Shown here one piece after another: positions 28,281-37,902 of a DNA stretch of 64,000 nucleotides. The first letter of the stretch is position 1; every line of letters begins with the position of its first letter. The stretch lies in NCBI GenBank assembly GCA_964410925.1, contig CAYPIW010000086.1, positions 17,605 to 81,604 on the forward strand. The letters are read 5' to 3'. The notes beneath the pieces are model-generated. The model saw only the letters and a list, made by a program, of their open reading frames with translations, was not told the DNA's origin and made no database searches. The stretch comes from an uncultured Desulfobacteraceae bacterium. Lineage in GTDB: Bacteria; Desulfobacterota; Desulfobacteria; Desulfobacterales; UBA11574. Both the position numbers and the translations under genes were made by a program.

Positions 28281-28682
28281 TCATCGCGGCTCGATAACGG
28301 TTATCGGCGAGTCAATAACGCCAGCGTAAAAAACGACAATCTCCGCAGGAATTTTTCCTTGATTAATACCATGGTGCGACGTGTTCACTACCTCGACGAT
28401 AGGATCTCCTGCTTTGAGATGCAGCGTTTTCCCGTGTGTTGTCACGACTGTGAGCTGCCCGCTTATCAGAACGCTGGCATTTATTACCGGATGACGGTGA
28501 GTATCGAGCCGGGTTCCCGCAGGTATGCTAATCCGCAGAATAGTGATTTCAGGCTGACCTGTCGGATATGCAGGCAAAAACTCCCCATTCCAGCTTTGAG
28601 TGGTTTTAACGAGTTTCTTAACGATTATAGACTTCTCGTTCGCCTCCGGACGGGTCCGAACCATGGCACAACCAGATTGCAA
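28281..28682 (-). CDS. cupin-domain protein, probably a lipoprotein with a disrupted 5' end
   Basis: The cupin core is RISIPAGTRLDTHRHPVINASVLISGQLTV...HHG. In frame upstream lies a signal/lipobox-like peptide (NTIRILAAVSVIIFLQSGC). The only ATG (28734) is one frame off, across an A7 run. Confidence 0.6.
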   Translation of the reverse strand: MQSGCAMVRTRPEANEKSIIVKKLVKTTQSWNGEFLPAYPTGQPEITILRISIPAGTRLDTHRHPVINASVLISGQLTVVTTHGKTLHLKAGDPIVEVVNTSHHGINQGKIPAEIVVFYAGVIDSPITVIEPR

Positions 28683-28753
28683 GAAAATAATAACAGAAAC
28701 GGCTGCGAGAATTCGAATGGTGTTTTTTTGTCATGAAATTGCCTCTTCTCTTG

Positions 28754-29113
28754 TTAAATTTTGTTTTCCGATGCACATAGCGCCATGCCGAACGAATGAA
28801 TAGCGAGAATTTTTTTGCGTTTATTGGGCTCCTTCCGCACCACTTTGAAACAAGCCTTTACACAAAAACCTGTGCAAAGATACCCTGAGAATTGTGCAAA
28901 TTTGCAGATCATTGAGATGATATTGTTGAAAACGGATTTGTCAAAACCCGATCGCTTATTATGAACACAAGCTGAAACCAAATTTCGTTCATTACATATA
29001 CCATAAAAAATGAATCGCGCAAACCTGGTGAGAACCGAAAGCCCTGATTTATGGTTTGATGAACGCTGTTTACCCATCACAAATCTCCTCATTTTGGAGA
29101 ATACCACTATCAT
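28754..29113 (-). CDS. hypothetical protein
   Basis: 119-aa Cys/Phe/Lys-rich ORF with no recognisable family. It may not be coding. Confidence 0.25.
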   Translation of the reverse strand: MIVVFSKMRRFVMGKQRSSNHKSGLSVLTRFARFIFYGICNERNLVSACVHNKRSGFDKSVFNNIISMICKFAQFSGYLCTGFCVKACFKVVRKEPNKRKKILAIHSFGMALCASENKI

Positions 29114-29425
29114 CTTGACATTTCATTCATACCCGTAATAGTCTGCTTTTAAAGAATTTGGGAGGGTTCCAGGGCAGGCACAACCCGACATCATTTGCAC
29201 TACCGTGGATGAGGAAGGCCGGATCCGTATGGCCTCAAATTTTTCCATTCTGGTGGACGTCCGGCAGCAAAGCGGCGTCAACCTTCTTTGAGCACTCGCT
29301 CTACAGCACTCTGAAACCAACAACCGTTCAAATTCGAATTCCCGAAAGCGGGCGCTGGCCTGCCGCACTGTGAAAACTGGTAACTGAAAATCCTTAAATG
29401 AACAGTCTCTCAATGGAGGTGCCTC

Positions 29426-30619
29426 ATGAGAAAAATTTCGGTACTGGCGTTGATCTTGTCTCTGGCTTCAATCCTGGTAATCCCGCCGGTATGGGCGGAG
29501 GACACAATCAAGGTTGGCATCGTTTTGCCTCTCACCGGAAGCCAGGCTGCCTTTGGTGAAATCGAAAGAAACTCGTTTGAAATGGCTCTTGAGAAGATCA
29601 ATGCCGATGGCGGCATCAATGGGAAAAAGCTGGTATTTCTGTTTGAAGATGATACCGGAAAACCCGAGGTAGCTCGATCCGCGGCCGAAAAGCTTATCAA
29701 CAAAGACAAAGTAGTGATGCTCGGCGGCGGTTATGGAAGCTCGGAAACCTTTGCGCTTGCGGGAGTGGCTCAACAGAACCGAATGCCGTTTCTGGTCAAC
29801 ACGGGCTCGGCCGACAAGATTACCGAACAGGGATGGAATTACGTGTTTCGCCTCAACCCGCCTGTAAGTGCCTATCCGGAAGGCCTGGAATCTTTTCTTG
29901 TCGAAGTGGTCAAGCCAAGAACAGCAGCCATTCTATTCGAAGACAGCGCTTTTGGTACCAGCGGCTCCAAGAACTTCAGGCAAACCTGTGAGGACCAGGG
30001 GATCAAAATCGTATTGATGGAAGGCTATTCCAAAGGCGGTCTGGATTTCAAGCCGATGCTCGTGAAGGTCAAAAAAGCAAACCCCGACTTGATCTATATG
30101 ATCTCCTATATTATGGATGCGGCCCTGCTTATGAGCCAATCCATGGAGTTGCATGTTGCGCCCAAACTTTTTGTGGGCGGCGGAGCGGGCTTTACACTTC
30201 CCGAGTTCCAGAATAACGCCGGAAAAGCAGCCAATATGGTCTATTCCGTGACCCTCTGGTATCAGACCCTTCCTTACCCGGGGGCGAGGCCGTACTACGA
30301 CGAATATGTGAAAAAATACGGCAAACCAACGGAATACCACGGTGCCGAGGCTTATTCAGCCGCCCAGATCATCGCCGATGTGCTGAAGCGCACCCAATCG
30401 TTCAAGGCTGAAGACGTACGAGCCGCTTTGGCTGGAACAAATGTCATGACGGTGTTCGGCCCGGTGAAATTCATCTCCTACGACAAAAAAATCAACCAGA
30501 ACAGACTGCCCACCTATCTGGTTCAGTGGATGGACGGAAAACTTGATCTCGTATGGCCCAAGGATGTCGCAACAAGGCCTTACGTGTATCCGATTGATTG
30601 GGCACAAGTCTGGGAATAA
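29426..30619 (+). CDS. ABC transporter substrate-binding protein, branched-chain amino acid (LivK/LivJ-like) family
   Basis: 397 aa with a signal peptide. The type I periplasmic-binding-protein pattern is visible in IKVGIVLPLTGSQAAFG and GGGYGSSET. A GGAGG ribosome-binding site lies upstream. Confidence 0.85.
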   Translation: MRKISVLALILSLASILVIPPVWAEDTIKVGIVLPLTGSQAAFGEIERNSFEMALEKINADGGINGKKLVFLFEDDTGKPEVARSAAEKLINKDKVVMLGGGYGSSETFALAGVAQQNRMPFLVNTGSADKITEQGWNYVFRLNPPVSAYPEGLESFLVEVVKPRTAAILFEDSAFGTSGSKNFRQTCEDQGIKIVLMEGYSKGGLDFKPMLVKVKKANPDLIYMISYIMDAALLMSQSMELHVAPKLFVGGGAGFTLPEFQNNAGKAANMVYSVTLWYQTLPYPGARPYYDEYVKKYGKPTEYHGAEAYSAAQIIADVLKRTQSFKAEDVRAALAGTNVMTVFGPVKFISYDKKINQNRLPTYLVQWMDGKLDLVWPKDVATRPYVYPIDWAQVWE

Positions 30620-30706
30620 CGCCATTTTCCAAGGGGGTGCGCCGGGGACCCCCTCTGAGCCCTTCATCTGGGTTTCACCATCCTTTAAACGAAAGGTCTG
30701 CACTCC

Positions 30707-31582
30707 ATGAACGTGTTCGTTCAAACGCTCGTGTCGGGGATTCTTATCGGAGGCATTTATGCACTGATCGGACTCGGCATGACCTTGATCATGGGTGTCA
30801 TGAAAATCATCAACCTGGCTCACGGGCAGTTGATGATGATAGCCATGTACATCACCTATGTTCTCTACAACTACTTCCATCTGGATCCCTATTTTTCTCT
30901 TCTGGTGGCAATGCCTGCCCTATTTCTCATAGGAGCCCTTCTCCAGAAATACCTTTTGAATCCACTTCTCGAAATCGATTCCATTCTCCCGGAAAACCAG
31001 GTTTTAATGACCGTGGGAATCGCAATGGTCCTGACCGAGGTTATCCGCTTTATTTTTCAATCCGATTATAGATCGGTCAAAACGGGCTATAGCTCCGCCA
31101 CTTTTTTTATCGGCGACATCTCATTCAATATCCCGATGTTTGTGGCCTTCGGCATTGCGATTTTTCTGACGGTCTGCCTGTTTTTCTTTTTGCTCAAGAC
31201 GGATCTGGGCAAATCGGTTCGAGCCACCGCGCAAAACAGGGACGCCGCCCTTTTGATGGGAATCAATGCCTCCCGGATAACCATCCTGACCTATGGACTG
31301 GGATCTTCTCTGGCGGCTGCGGCGGGTACGCTCCTGCTGCCGATCTACTATCTTTTTCCCGACATCGGCGGGCCTTTCACTCTAAAGGCTTTTGTCATCA
31401 CCATGCTGGGCGGCATGGGAAGCACGATCGGGGCAATCATTGGGGGAGTGGTTCTGGGAGTGGCCGAATCATTGGGCGCTACCTACATCTCCATGGCTCT
31501 GAAAGACGCCGTGGCAATGGTCATTTTCCTCCTGGTACTCATCTTTCTGCCGGGTGGACTCAAGACACTGACCAAGGTGTAG
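30707..31582 (+). CDS. livH: branched-chain amino acid ABC permease (LivH-like)
   Basis: 291-aa polytopic protein with the N-terminus MNVFVQTLVSGILIGGIYALIGLGMTLI typical of LivH. Confidence 0.85.
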   Translation: MNVFVQTLVSGILIGGIYALIGLGMTLIMGVMKIINLAHGQLMMIAMYITYVLYNYFHLDPYFSLLVAMPALFLIGALLQKYLLNPLLEIDSILPENQVLMTVGIAMVLTEVIRFIFQSDYRSVKTGYSSATFFIGDISFNIPMFVAFGIAIFLTVCLFFFLLKTDLGKSVRATAQNRDAALLMGINASRITILTYGLGSSLAAAAGTLLLPIYYLFPDIGGPFTLKAFVITMLGGMGSTIGAIIGGVVLGVAESLGATYISMALKDAVAMVIFLLVLIFLPGGLKTLTKV

Positions 31583-31595
31583 CAGGGGTGATGTT

Positions 31596-32585
31596 ATGAA
31601 ATTGTTTCGATGGCCTACAATCATTATCGTTGCCTTGCTCGTTCTCTTCCCGTTCTTCGTCGAATCCGGCTACTACAGGCACATTTTCATTGTTTCCTTG
31701 ATGTGGGTGGTGATCGGGTCCTCCTGGAACCTTCTGGCCGGGTATACGGGGCAGGTTTCCTTCGGACACGCCATTTTTTTCGGTATAGGGGCTTATGCCG
31801 CTGGCCTGTGTGTCACCAAGCTGGGAATTTCCGCCTGGTGGGGCATGCTCCTTGGAGGCCCCGTCGCACTCCTGGCGGGTCTTGTCATCGGATGGATCTG
31901 CTTTCGGCTTCGGGGTCCCTATTTTGCCCTCGCAACCATAGCCATCGGCGAGATCTTCCGGTTGTTCGCCATCGACTGGAGGAGCCTTACCCAAGGGATG
32001 GAAGGCATCCTGATCATTCAGACCTTTCGGAGCAAGCTTCCCTACTACTATGTAGCTCTTTTCCTGGCCATTGCATGTACTTATACGATCTATCGGGTAC
32101 TGGATTCAAAATGGGGCTATTACTTCATAGCCATCCGCGAAGACCAGGACGTCTCTGAATCCATCGGGGTCAGCTCGTTTCGGTACAAGAGCCTGTCTCT
32201 GATGATCAGCTCTTTTTTCACGGGCATGGCGGGTGCTTTCTATATGAACTACATGGCTTTTATTGATCCGCACGTGGTTTTTTCCCTGCACGATGTTTCC
32301 ATCATGGCTATTCTGGTTGCGATCATCGGAGGCGTCGGGACCCTCATGGGGCCAACGGTGGGAGCGTTCATCATGGTGTGGCTTCAGGAGACTTTCCGAA
32401 GCGCTTTTTTCGGTCTGGCGCCTTCGTGGGTAAGCAAAGCACACGTGCTGGTTTTCGGTTTGCTCGTCATTTTTGTGATCCGCTACCTGGCGAACGGGAT
32501 CATAGGGGACTGGCGGAAGATCGTGAGGATCCGACCCAAAAGAGAAAAGGAACCGTCTTGCTCGGTTGGTGGCAACTGGCCATGA
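31596..32585 (+). CDS. livM: branched-chain amino acid ABC permease (LivM-like)
   Basis: 329-aa polytopic protein with NLLAGYTGQVSFGHAIFFGIGAY typical of LivM. Confidence 0.85.
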   Translation: MKLFRWPTIIIVALLVLFPFFVESGYYRHIFIVSLMWVVIGSSWNLLAGYTGQVSFGHAIFFGIGAYAAGLCVTKLGISAWWGMLLGGPVALLAGLVIGWICFRLRGPYFALATIAIGEIFRLFAIDWRSLTQGMEGILIIQTFRSKLPYYYVALFLAIACTYTIYRVLDSKWGYYFIAIREDQDVSESIGVSSFRYKSLSLMISSFFTGMAGAFYMNYMAFIDPHVVFSLHDVSIMAILVAIIGGVGTLMGPTVGAFIMVWLQETFRSAFFGLAPSWVSKAHVLVFGLLVIFVIRYLANGIIGDWRKIVRIRPKREKEPSCSVGGNWP

Positions 32586-33295
32586 ACCTTTTCGAAACAC
32601 AACATTTGACGAAAACGTTCGGCGGTTTGACGGCTCTCAAAAACCTCAGCTTCCGGGTGAAAGAAGGGGAAATATACGGCTTGATCGGCCCGAACGGGTC
32701 GGGCAAGACCACGGTTTTCAACCTCATTACCGGTTTCTACCCCATCACCTCCGGAGATATTTTCTATAAAGGCGAAAGGCTCAATGGCCTTCCCACCTGG
32801 AAAATCTGCAAACTGGGCGTTGGAAGGACATTCCAGGTCGCCAAGCCCCTGAGGCGAATGACAGTTATGGACAATGTCATGGCTTCCGCATTCAACCGGA
32901 CGTCGGCAAACGATGAAGCCTATGAGAAGGCTCTGGAAGTACTGAAGTTTTGTGAACTCGAAAAGAAGAAGAATTACTCGGCCAAGGACATCACCATCGG
33001 AGACCGGAAGCGGCTCGAGATTGCCCGTGCCCTGGCCACCGGTCCGGAGCTTCTCCTGCTGGATGAAACCATGGCCGGCCTTACGCCGCAGGAACAGACA
33101 GACGGGTCGCTCCTTATCCGCAAAATCCGCGATTCAGGAATCACCATCATTATCGTCGAACACATCATGCAGGTCATTATGAACATTTGCGATCGTGTGC
33201 TGTGCATTAATTATGGTAAAGAAATCGCCCAGGGATCCCCTGCGGAAGTCGGCAACCACCCGGCCGTCATTGAAGCGTATCTTGGAAAGGAATAA
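32582..33295 (+). CDS. livG: ABC transporter ATP-binding protein (LivG-like)
   Basis: The start is set at MNLFETQHLTK, overlapping the livM stop (ATGA). Walker A is GPNGSGKTT and the signature-like sequence is GDRKRLEIARAL. Confidence 0.85.
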   Translation: MNLFETQHLTKTFGGLTALKNLSFRVKEGEIYGLIGPNGSGKTTVFNLITGFYPITSGDIFYKGERLNGLPTWKICKLGVGRTFQVAKPLRRMTVMDNVMASAFNRTSANDEAYEKALEVLKFCELEKKKNYSAKDITIGDRKRLEIARALATGPELLLLDETMAGLTPQEQTDGSLLIRKIRDSGITIIIVEHIMQVIMNICDRVLCINYGKEIAQGSPAEVGNHPAVIEAYLGKE

Positions 33296-33299
33296 AATC

Positions 33300-34004
33300 A
33301 TGCTGCAGGTGAAAGGCCTTGACGCAGGGTATGGAGATATCCAGGTGCTCTGGGACGTTTCCTTTCATGTGGAAGCCAGGGAGTTCGTTGTCCTCGTCGG
33401 CGCCAACGGAGCCGGGAAAAGCACCATCATGAAGGCAGTGTCCAGCCTTATCTCTCCGTTGTCAGGCGAAATCCTTTTCGAGAACAAACGTCTCGATCGT
33501 GTTCATGCCTGCCGAATCTCCGATCTGGGCATTGCCCACGTCCCCGAAGGGCGGCAGTTGTTCCCCGAAATGACGGTTCTCGAAAATCTTGAACTGGGAT
33601 CACTCGGCCGCAAAGCCAAGGCGCGCCGCAAAGAGAGACTGGAATGGATTTTCGAGCTGTTCCCCAGACTGCGGGAACGGAAAAAGCAAATGGCGGGAAC
33701 GCTTTCCGGAGGAGAGCAGCAGATGTGCGCCATCGCTCGAGGACTTATGTCCTGCCCCAAAATGGTACTTTTCGATGAACCTTCCCTCGGCCTGTCCCCC
33801 CTCCTCACCCAGGAAATCTTCCGGCTTGTCCGAAGGATCCACAAGCAAGGACTGACTCTGCTCATGGTGGAGCAAAATGTCAAGCAGACCCTCGCCATCT
33901 GTAACCGGGCATATGTTTTGGAAAACGGTCGAATTACCATGGAAGGCAGGGGCCGGGAACTGCTGCAAAACGAACGGATAAAACAGGCATTCCTGGGGAT
34001 CTGA
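33300..34004 (+). CDS. livF: ABC transporter ATP-binding protein (LivF-like)
   Basis: The start is set at MLQVKGLDAGYG. Walker A is GANGAGKST, the signature is LSGGEQQM and Walker B is VLFDEPS. Confidence 0.85.
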   Translation: MLQVKGLDAGYGDIQVLWDVSFHVEAREFVVLVGANGAGKSTIMKAVSSLISPLSGEILFENKRLDRVHACRISDLGIAHVPEGRQLFPEMTVLENLELGSLGRKAKARRKERLEWIFELFPRLRERKKQMAGTLSGGEQQMCAIARGLMSCPKMVLFDEPSLGLSPLLTQEIFRLVRRIHKQGLTLLMVEQNVKQTLAICNRAYVLENGRITMEGRGRELLQNERIKQAFLGI

Positions 34005-34154
34005 GGGCTGATTGAGGGTGATACTCCGTTTCTGTGGCCGGCGACCTGACGGGCGAGCCAGTTTCGTTCTGAAGAAAATATCCATTACCTGGTAATTGCG
34101 CGATATGCCAGGCACACAATGCCGGGTTGTTCACCAGCCTGCTCAGTTAGGAGC

Positions 34155-35528
34155 TTAGCGTGTGTGCACATAGACGGTTTTAATATTAACGAATTCCTTA
34201 ATACCGTAATGTGAAAGCTCGCGGCCGTAGCCACTTGATTTGATACCCCCGAACGGAAGCCTGGGATCGGATTTTACGAAAGCGTTCACAAAACAGCTGC
34301 CCGCTTCCAGATCGTAGGTGGCGATTCGCTCGCCGCGTTCGATATCTCCGGTGAAAACAGCCGCACCAAGACCGAAGCATGAATCGTTTGCTACCCGAAT
34401 CGCTTCTTTTTCATCTTTAACAGAAATAATCGCACTTACAGGTCCGAAGATTTCTTCCTCATAGGCAGGCATGCCTTTTTGAACACCGTTGAGAACTGTG
34501 GGGGGATAAAATATCCCTTTGCCTTTTGGAATTTCTCCGCCGAGGAGGCATTTAGCGCCTTTTATGATGCTCTGGCTTACCTGACGGTGAAGATTTTCCC
34601 GCAGATCAAAGCGGGCTTGAGGACCAATATCAACGTCTTCTTCCAAAGGATTTCCCATCTTTTTCATGCGTATCTGCTCAACAAACATGCTTTCAAACCG
34701 ATGGCGGACGGCCTCAACGACAACAAAGCGTTTTGCGGCGATGCAGCTTTGTCCGGAGTTCAGAAGTCTGCTTTCAACGCAGGTTTTAACGGCACTCTCA
34801 AGGTCAGCGTCTTCCAAAATGATATACGGATCACTGCCGCCAAGTTCAAGCACTGTTTTTTTCAGTAATTTGCCGGCCTTGGCCGCTACCGCTTGACCGG
34901 AGGACATGCTTCCCGTCAGTGTCACGGCACGTATTAGCGGATGTTCTATCACCTTTTTTACCTGTTTTCTGGAAATTAGAAGATTTTGAAAAAGGTGTTC
35001 AGGAAATCCCGCCTTTTTGAAGATATCTTCGATTGCCAGAGAACAGCCAGGAACATTGGAGGCGTGTTTCAATACCACCGAATTGCCAGCCATTAATCCC
35101 GGAGCGACAAACCGAAAAACCTGCCAGAAAGGATAGTTCCACGGCATGATCGCAAAGATAATACCCAAAGGTTGAAACGATACGAAGTAGCTGCCGACGT
35201 CGGTGTCAATTATCTCGGGCAGCAACATTTTTGAAGCATTGTCGGCATAGTATTCGCACACCCAGGCACATTTTTCGATTTCAGCACGACCCTGACGAAT
35301 GGGCTTTCCCATTTCAAGGGCCATCATTTTCGCATATTCTTCCTTGTTACTGGTTAGTACTTGAGAAGCTTTCCTCATTAATTCGGCTCGTTGGAGAAAT
35401 GTCATTTTTTTCCAGATGGTAAACGCCTCATGGGCGGTCTTCACTCGGTTATGGATTTTCTCTGCGGTTGTTTTTTTGTATGTTTTGATCTTATTGCCGT
35501 TTGCCGGATTGATTGCGGTTAATGCCAT
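34155..35528 (-). CDS. NAD(P)-dependent aldehyde dehydrogenase (succinate-semialdehyde dehydrogenase-like)
   Basis: 457 aa with ALDH motifs ELGGSDP and the catalytic Cys context GQSCIAAKRF. Confidence 0.8.
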   Translation of the reverse strand: MALTAINPANGNKIKTYKKTTAEKIHNRVKTAHEAFTIWKKMTFLQRAELMRKASQVLTSNKEEYAKMMALEMGKPIRQGRAEIEKCAWVCEYYADNASKMLLPEIIDTDVGSYFVSFQPLGIIFAIMPWNYPFWQVFRFVAPGLMAGNSVVLKHASNVPGCSLAIEDIFKKAGFPEHLFQNLLISRKQVKKVIEHPLIRAVTLTGSMSSGQAVAAKAGKLLKKTVLELGGSDPYIILEDADLESAVKTCVESRLLNSGQSCIAAKRFVVVEAVRHRFESMFVEQIRMKKMGNPLEEDVDIGPQARFDLRENLHRQVSQSIIKGAKCLLGGEIPKGKGIFYPPTVLNGVQKGMPAYEEEIFGPVSAIISVKDEKEAIRVANDSCFGLGAAVFTGDIERGERIATYDLEAGSCFVNAFVKSDPRLPFGGIKSSGYGRELSHYGIKEFVNIKTVYVHTR

Positions 35529-35590
35529 ATGGCCTCCTCATTCAATTAAGATTTAACTTTTATGATAATGCACCACAATTTTAGGTGGTT

Positions 35591-36331
35591 TTATTCATTC
35601 GAATCATGATCAAAAATATAGCCCACTGATCTGACGCTTTTAAAATAAACCGGTTTTTTTGGATCGTTTTCAAAATACTTCCGAAACCTAACGATAAAAT
35701 TGTCCACGGTCCGTGTGGTCATACTCCCTGTATATCCCCAGCCGATTCCCAACAGCTTGCTCCTTGAAATGGGTTTTCCCTTATTGGCGATAAACAGCTT
35801 CAAAAGCTTGACCTCCTGTTCGGTAAGACATATTTCACCGCATTTGCAACAGGCAACAGACAATTCAAAATCGATCCGGTTGCCGCCAAACATATAGGTC
35901 TTTGTCAATGAAGAAGGATCGGTTTCGTCCGGGCCGCCATTCTTGCGATACCAGGATGCATGGGTCAAAAGGCGTTCCACCCTCAGCAAAAGCTCCTCGA
36001 GGTCGAAGGGCTTTGCAAGATAATCATCCACACCGTACGAAAGCCCTTTAACCTTATCATCTGCAGCGCTTTTGGCAGACAATATCAGAATCGGAATCCG
36101 TTCATCTTCAAGACGTATGCTTTGAAGAACGGACAACCCGTCAATACCGGGAAGCATTATATCGAGTATGATCAGGTCGGGCTGCCATTTCTTCCATTGA
36201 TTAAGGCCCGAAGCCCCGTCCGGAGCTATCACGACATCATACCCTTGAAGCGCCAGGTTCAGTTTCAAACCTTCTGCGATATGACGCTCATCTTCTACGA
36301 TCAAAATACGTTTTTTTTCAATCCGTTTCAT
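35591..36331 (-). CDS. OmpR/PhoB-family response regulator
   Basis: Receiver domain (ILIVEDE, DLIILDIMLPGIDG, LSAK) plus a winged-helix output (LTEQEVKLLKLF...VRSVGYIF) joined by an unusually long linker. Confidence 0.85.
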   Translation of the reverse strand: MKRIEKKRILIVEDERHIAEGLKLNLALQGYDVVIAPDGASGLNQWKKWQPDLIILDIMLPGIDGLSVLQSIRLEDERIPILILSAKSAADDKVKGLSYGVDDYLAKPFDLEELLLRVERLLTHASWYRKNGGPDETDPSSLTKTYMFGGNRIDFELSVACCKCGEICLTEQEVKLLKLFIANKGKPISRSKLLGIGWGYTGSMTTRTVDNFIVRFRKYFENDPKKPVYFKSVRSVGYIFDHDSNE

Positions 36332-36480
36332 AAAAGCCTTCTTGTATCAATGGAAGTCTCGGATTTGTGCAAAATTCAAGTTCAAGGCGTCGCAAATTTC
36401 GTGGAATGAGGCGCACTCATGTACGCCGTAGTAAACACGGAATGAAGTACAACGCAGAAATTGGATTTTTTACAAAGCCG

Positions 36481-37446
36481 TCAAGATTTAAAAGGAAGTA
36501 TTACAGTAAACACCGACCCTTTCCCGCACCCATCGCTTTGAGCAACGACTTTTCCTTTATGAATCCGTGCAATATTCTGCACCAGGTGCAATCCGAGCCC
36601 GCTCCCTCTGGCTGTCATATCATCCGCCCGGCCTGACTGATAAAATTTCTTGAAAATTTTTTTGAGTTCCGTCTTTTCAATGCCGATCCCGTTGTCCTCA
36701 AATCGTATATGCAATCTGCGATGATACAACTTAAAAATAATATCTATCGTTGGTTTTTCCGAGTCATTATACTTAACCGCATTGATCATAAGATTCATCA
36801 AAAGCATCTCAAATAAAGACAAGTTAATACGATATGCAAAGGAGCGTCCTGAAGGATTATGAATATTGATTTTGCAATTTTGAAAAATATGGTCATTATC
36901 TTTAATAAATTGCTCAACCGTGGCCACAAGATCCGCTGTAACAAATTCTTCAGCATAAATCTTGCTCTCAATTCTTGCGAGATTCAGAATGCGGTGGATA
37001 TTTTCCGAAAGCCGTCCCACATCCTGAACCATGTAATCAAGATACGTTAACTGCTCATCACGGGCAAGTTCGTATTTTGTAAATGTTTCCAGATAAAGTT
37101 TTAACGAGGTAACCGGAGTTTTAAGCTCATGGGTAAAATTATTTATAAAATTGTTTTGCAGCCGGTAGAGTTGTATTATTTTTTGATTGTACACAAAAAT
37201 AATAAAAATCCCCACCAGAATGATTCCGACAAGAATCGAAAGTACCAGAATAACCACCCAGGTATCGGATTCCAAAAACTGCCCGGGGTCCAGGTTGAAT
37301 CTTCCCGCAACCTCCTTGAGCCCTGTGCTGACTTCCATATACCAGTAGATGTACAATACCAGGGATGTGGCCAGCGCTACGATGGAAAAAATAAAGATAA
37401 AAACGGGATGAAAAAACCATTTTGTTCGAGTTATTGCCCGTTCCAT
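36481..37446 (-). CDS. sensor histidine kinase
   Basis: Two N-terminal TM segments, H-box FTHELKTPVTSL, N-box LMINAVKYN, G-boxes DNGIGI and GSGLGL. Confidence 0.85.
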   Translation of the reverse strand: MERAITRTKWFFHPVFIFIFSIVALATSLVLYIYWYMEVSTGLKEVAGRFNLDPGQFLESDTWVVILVLSILVGIILVGIFIIFVYNQKIIQLYRLQNNFINNFTHELKTPVTSLKLYLETFTKYELARDEQLTYLDYMVQDVGRLSENIHRILNLARIESKIYAEEFVTADLVATVEQFIKDNDHIFQNCKINIHNPSGRSFAYRINLSLFEMLLMNLMINAVKYNDSEKPTIDIIFKLYHRRLHIRFEDNGIGIEKTELKKIFKKFYQSGRADDMTARGSGLGLHLVQNIARIHKGKVVAQSDGCGKGSVFTVILPFKS

Positions 37447-37607
37447 TTGGTAACCAACCGTTTTTTAATGAAAATATTTTGGGAGACATCGGAAAGCAAT
37501 TTTCTAAACATCATAGATGTCTTTAAAAATGACCCGTTCCCCGTGTGTGATTCATTGATGTTGGTTAACAGCGGTCATTTATTACTTTCCATCGGAATTC
37601 GAAGGTC

Positions 37608-37676
37608 TGGTTTCAGGTGTCGGGTGTCAGGAGGACGAACGTAAGAGCTGACACCTGAACACTGACACCTAAAACC
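37608..37676. repeat. inverted pair of the CTGACACCTGAAAC-type motif (long hairpin)
   Basis: ggtttcaggtgtcgggtgtcag - 18 nt - ctgacacctgaacactgacacctaaaacc. It is related to the tandem copies at 8600-8627. Confidence 0.75.
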
Positions 37677-37770
37677 TGGATTGCTTGAGCTAAATCACCA
37701 ACAATCTTGATTTACACCCTCTTTCCCCGGTTATTTATTAATGAATTTATATAACAAATTTATCTGGGCT

Positions 37771-37790
37771 TTGTAAAACTTTTGTAAAAC
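37771..37790 (+). promoter_or_regulatory. direct repeat TTGTAAAAC-N2-TTGTAAAAC (candidate response-regulator site)
   Basis: Two perfect 9-mers with an 11-bp period lie in the divergent intergenic region between the HK-RR operon and the B12-rSAM gene. The function is inferred only. Confidence 0.3.
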
Positions 37791-37902
37791 CAAAAAAGAC
37801 CCGTGTAATTTTTCAACCATTGCTATTACACTATATTATCAAAGAGACCCGTGAAAAATGACGATTTTTGGTCATACACCCCTAAAATTCAGGATATAGA
37901 TT

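Noticed and set aside
29123-29413. Two overlapping ORFs (96 aa on the minus strand, 71 aa on the plus strand) upstream of the liv operon.
   Set aside because: They overlap each other on opposite strands and have no motifs. The region is more likely the promoter or leader of the substrate-binding-protein gene.
20900-29420. Complete integron.
   Set aside because: No intI-type tyrosine recombinase or attI is present in the window. Several genes are packed with no intervening repeats, and the repeat cores deviate from RYYYAAC/GTTRRRY. Only an attC-like or CALIN-type hypothesis is kept, as a finding that needs a covariance-model test.
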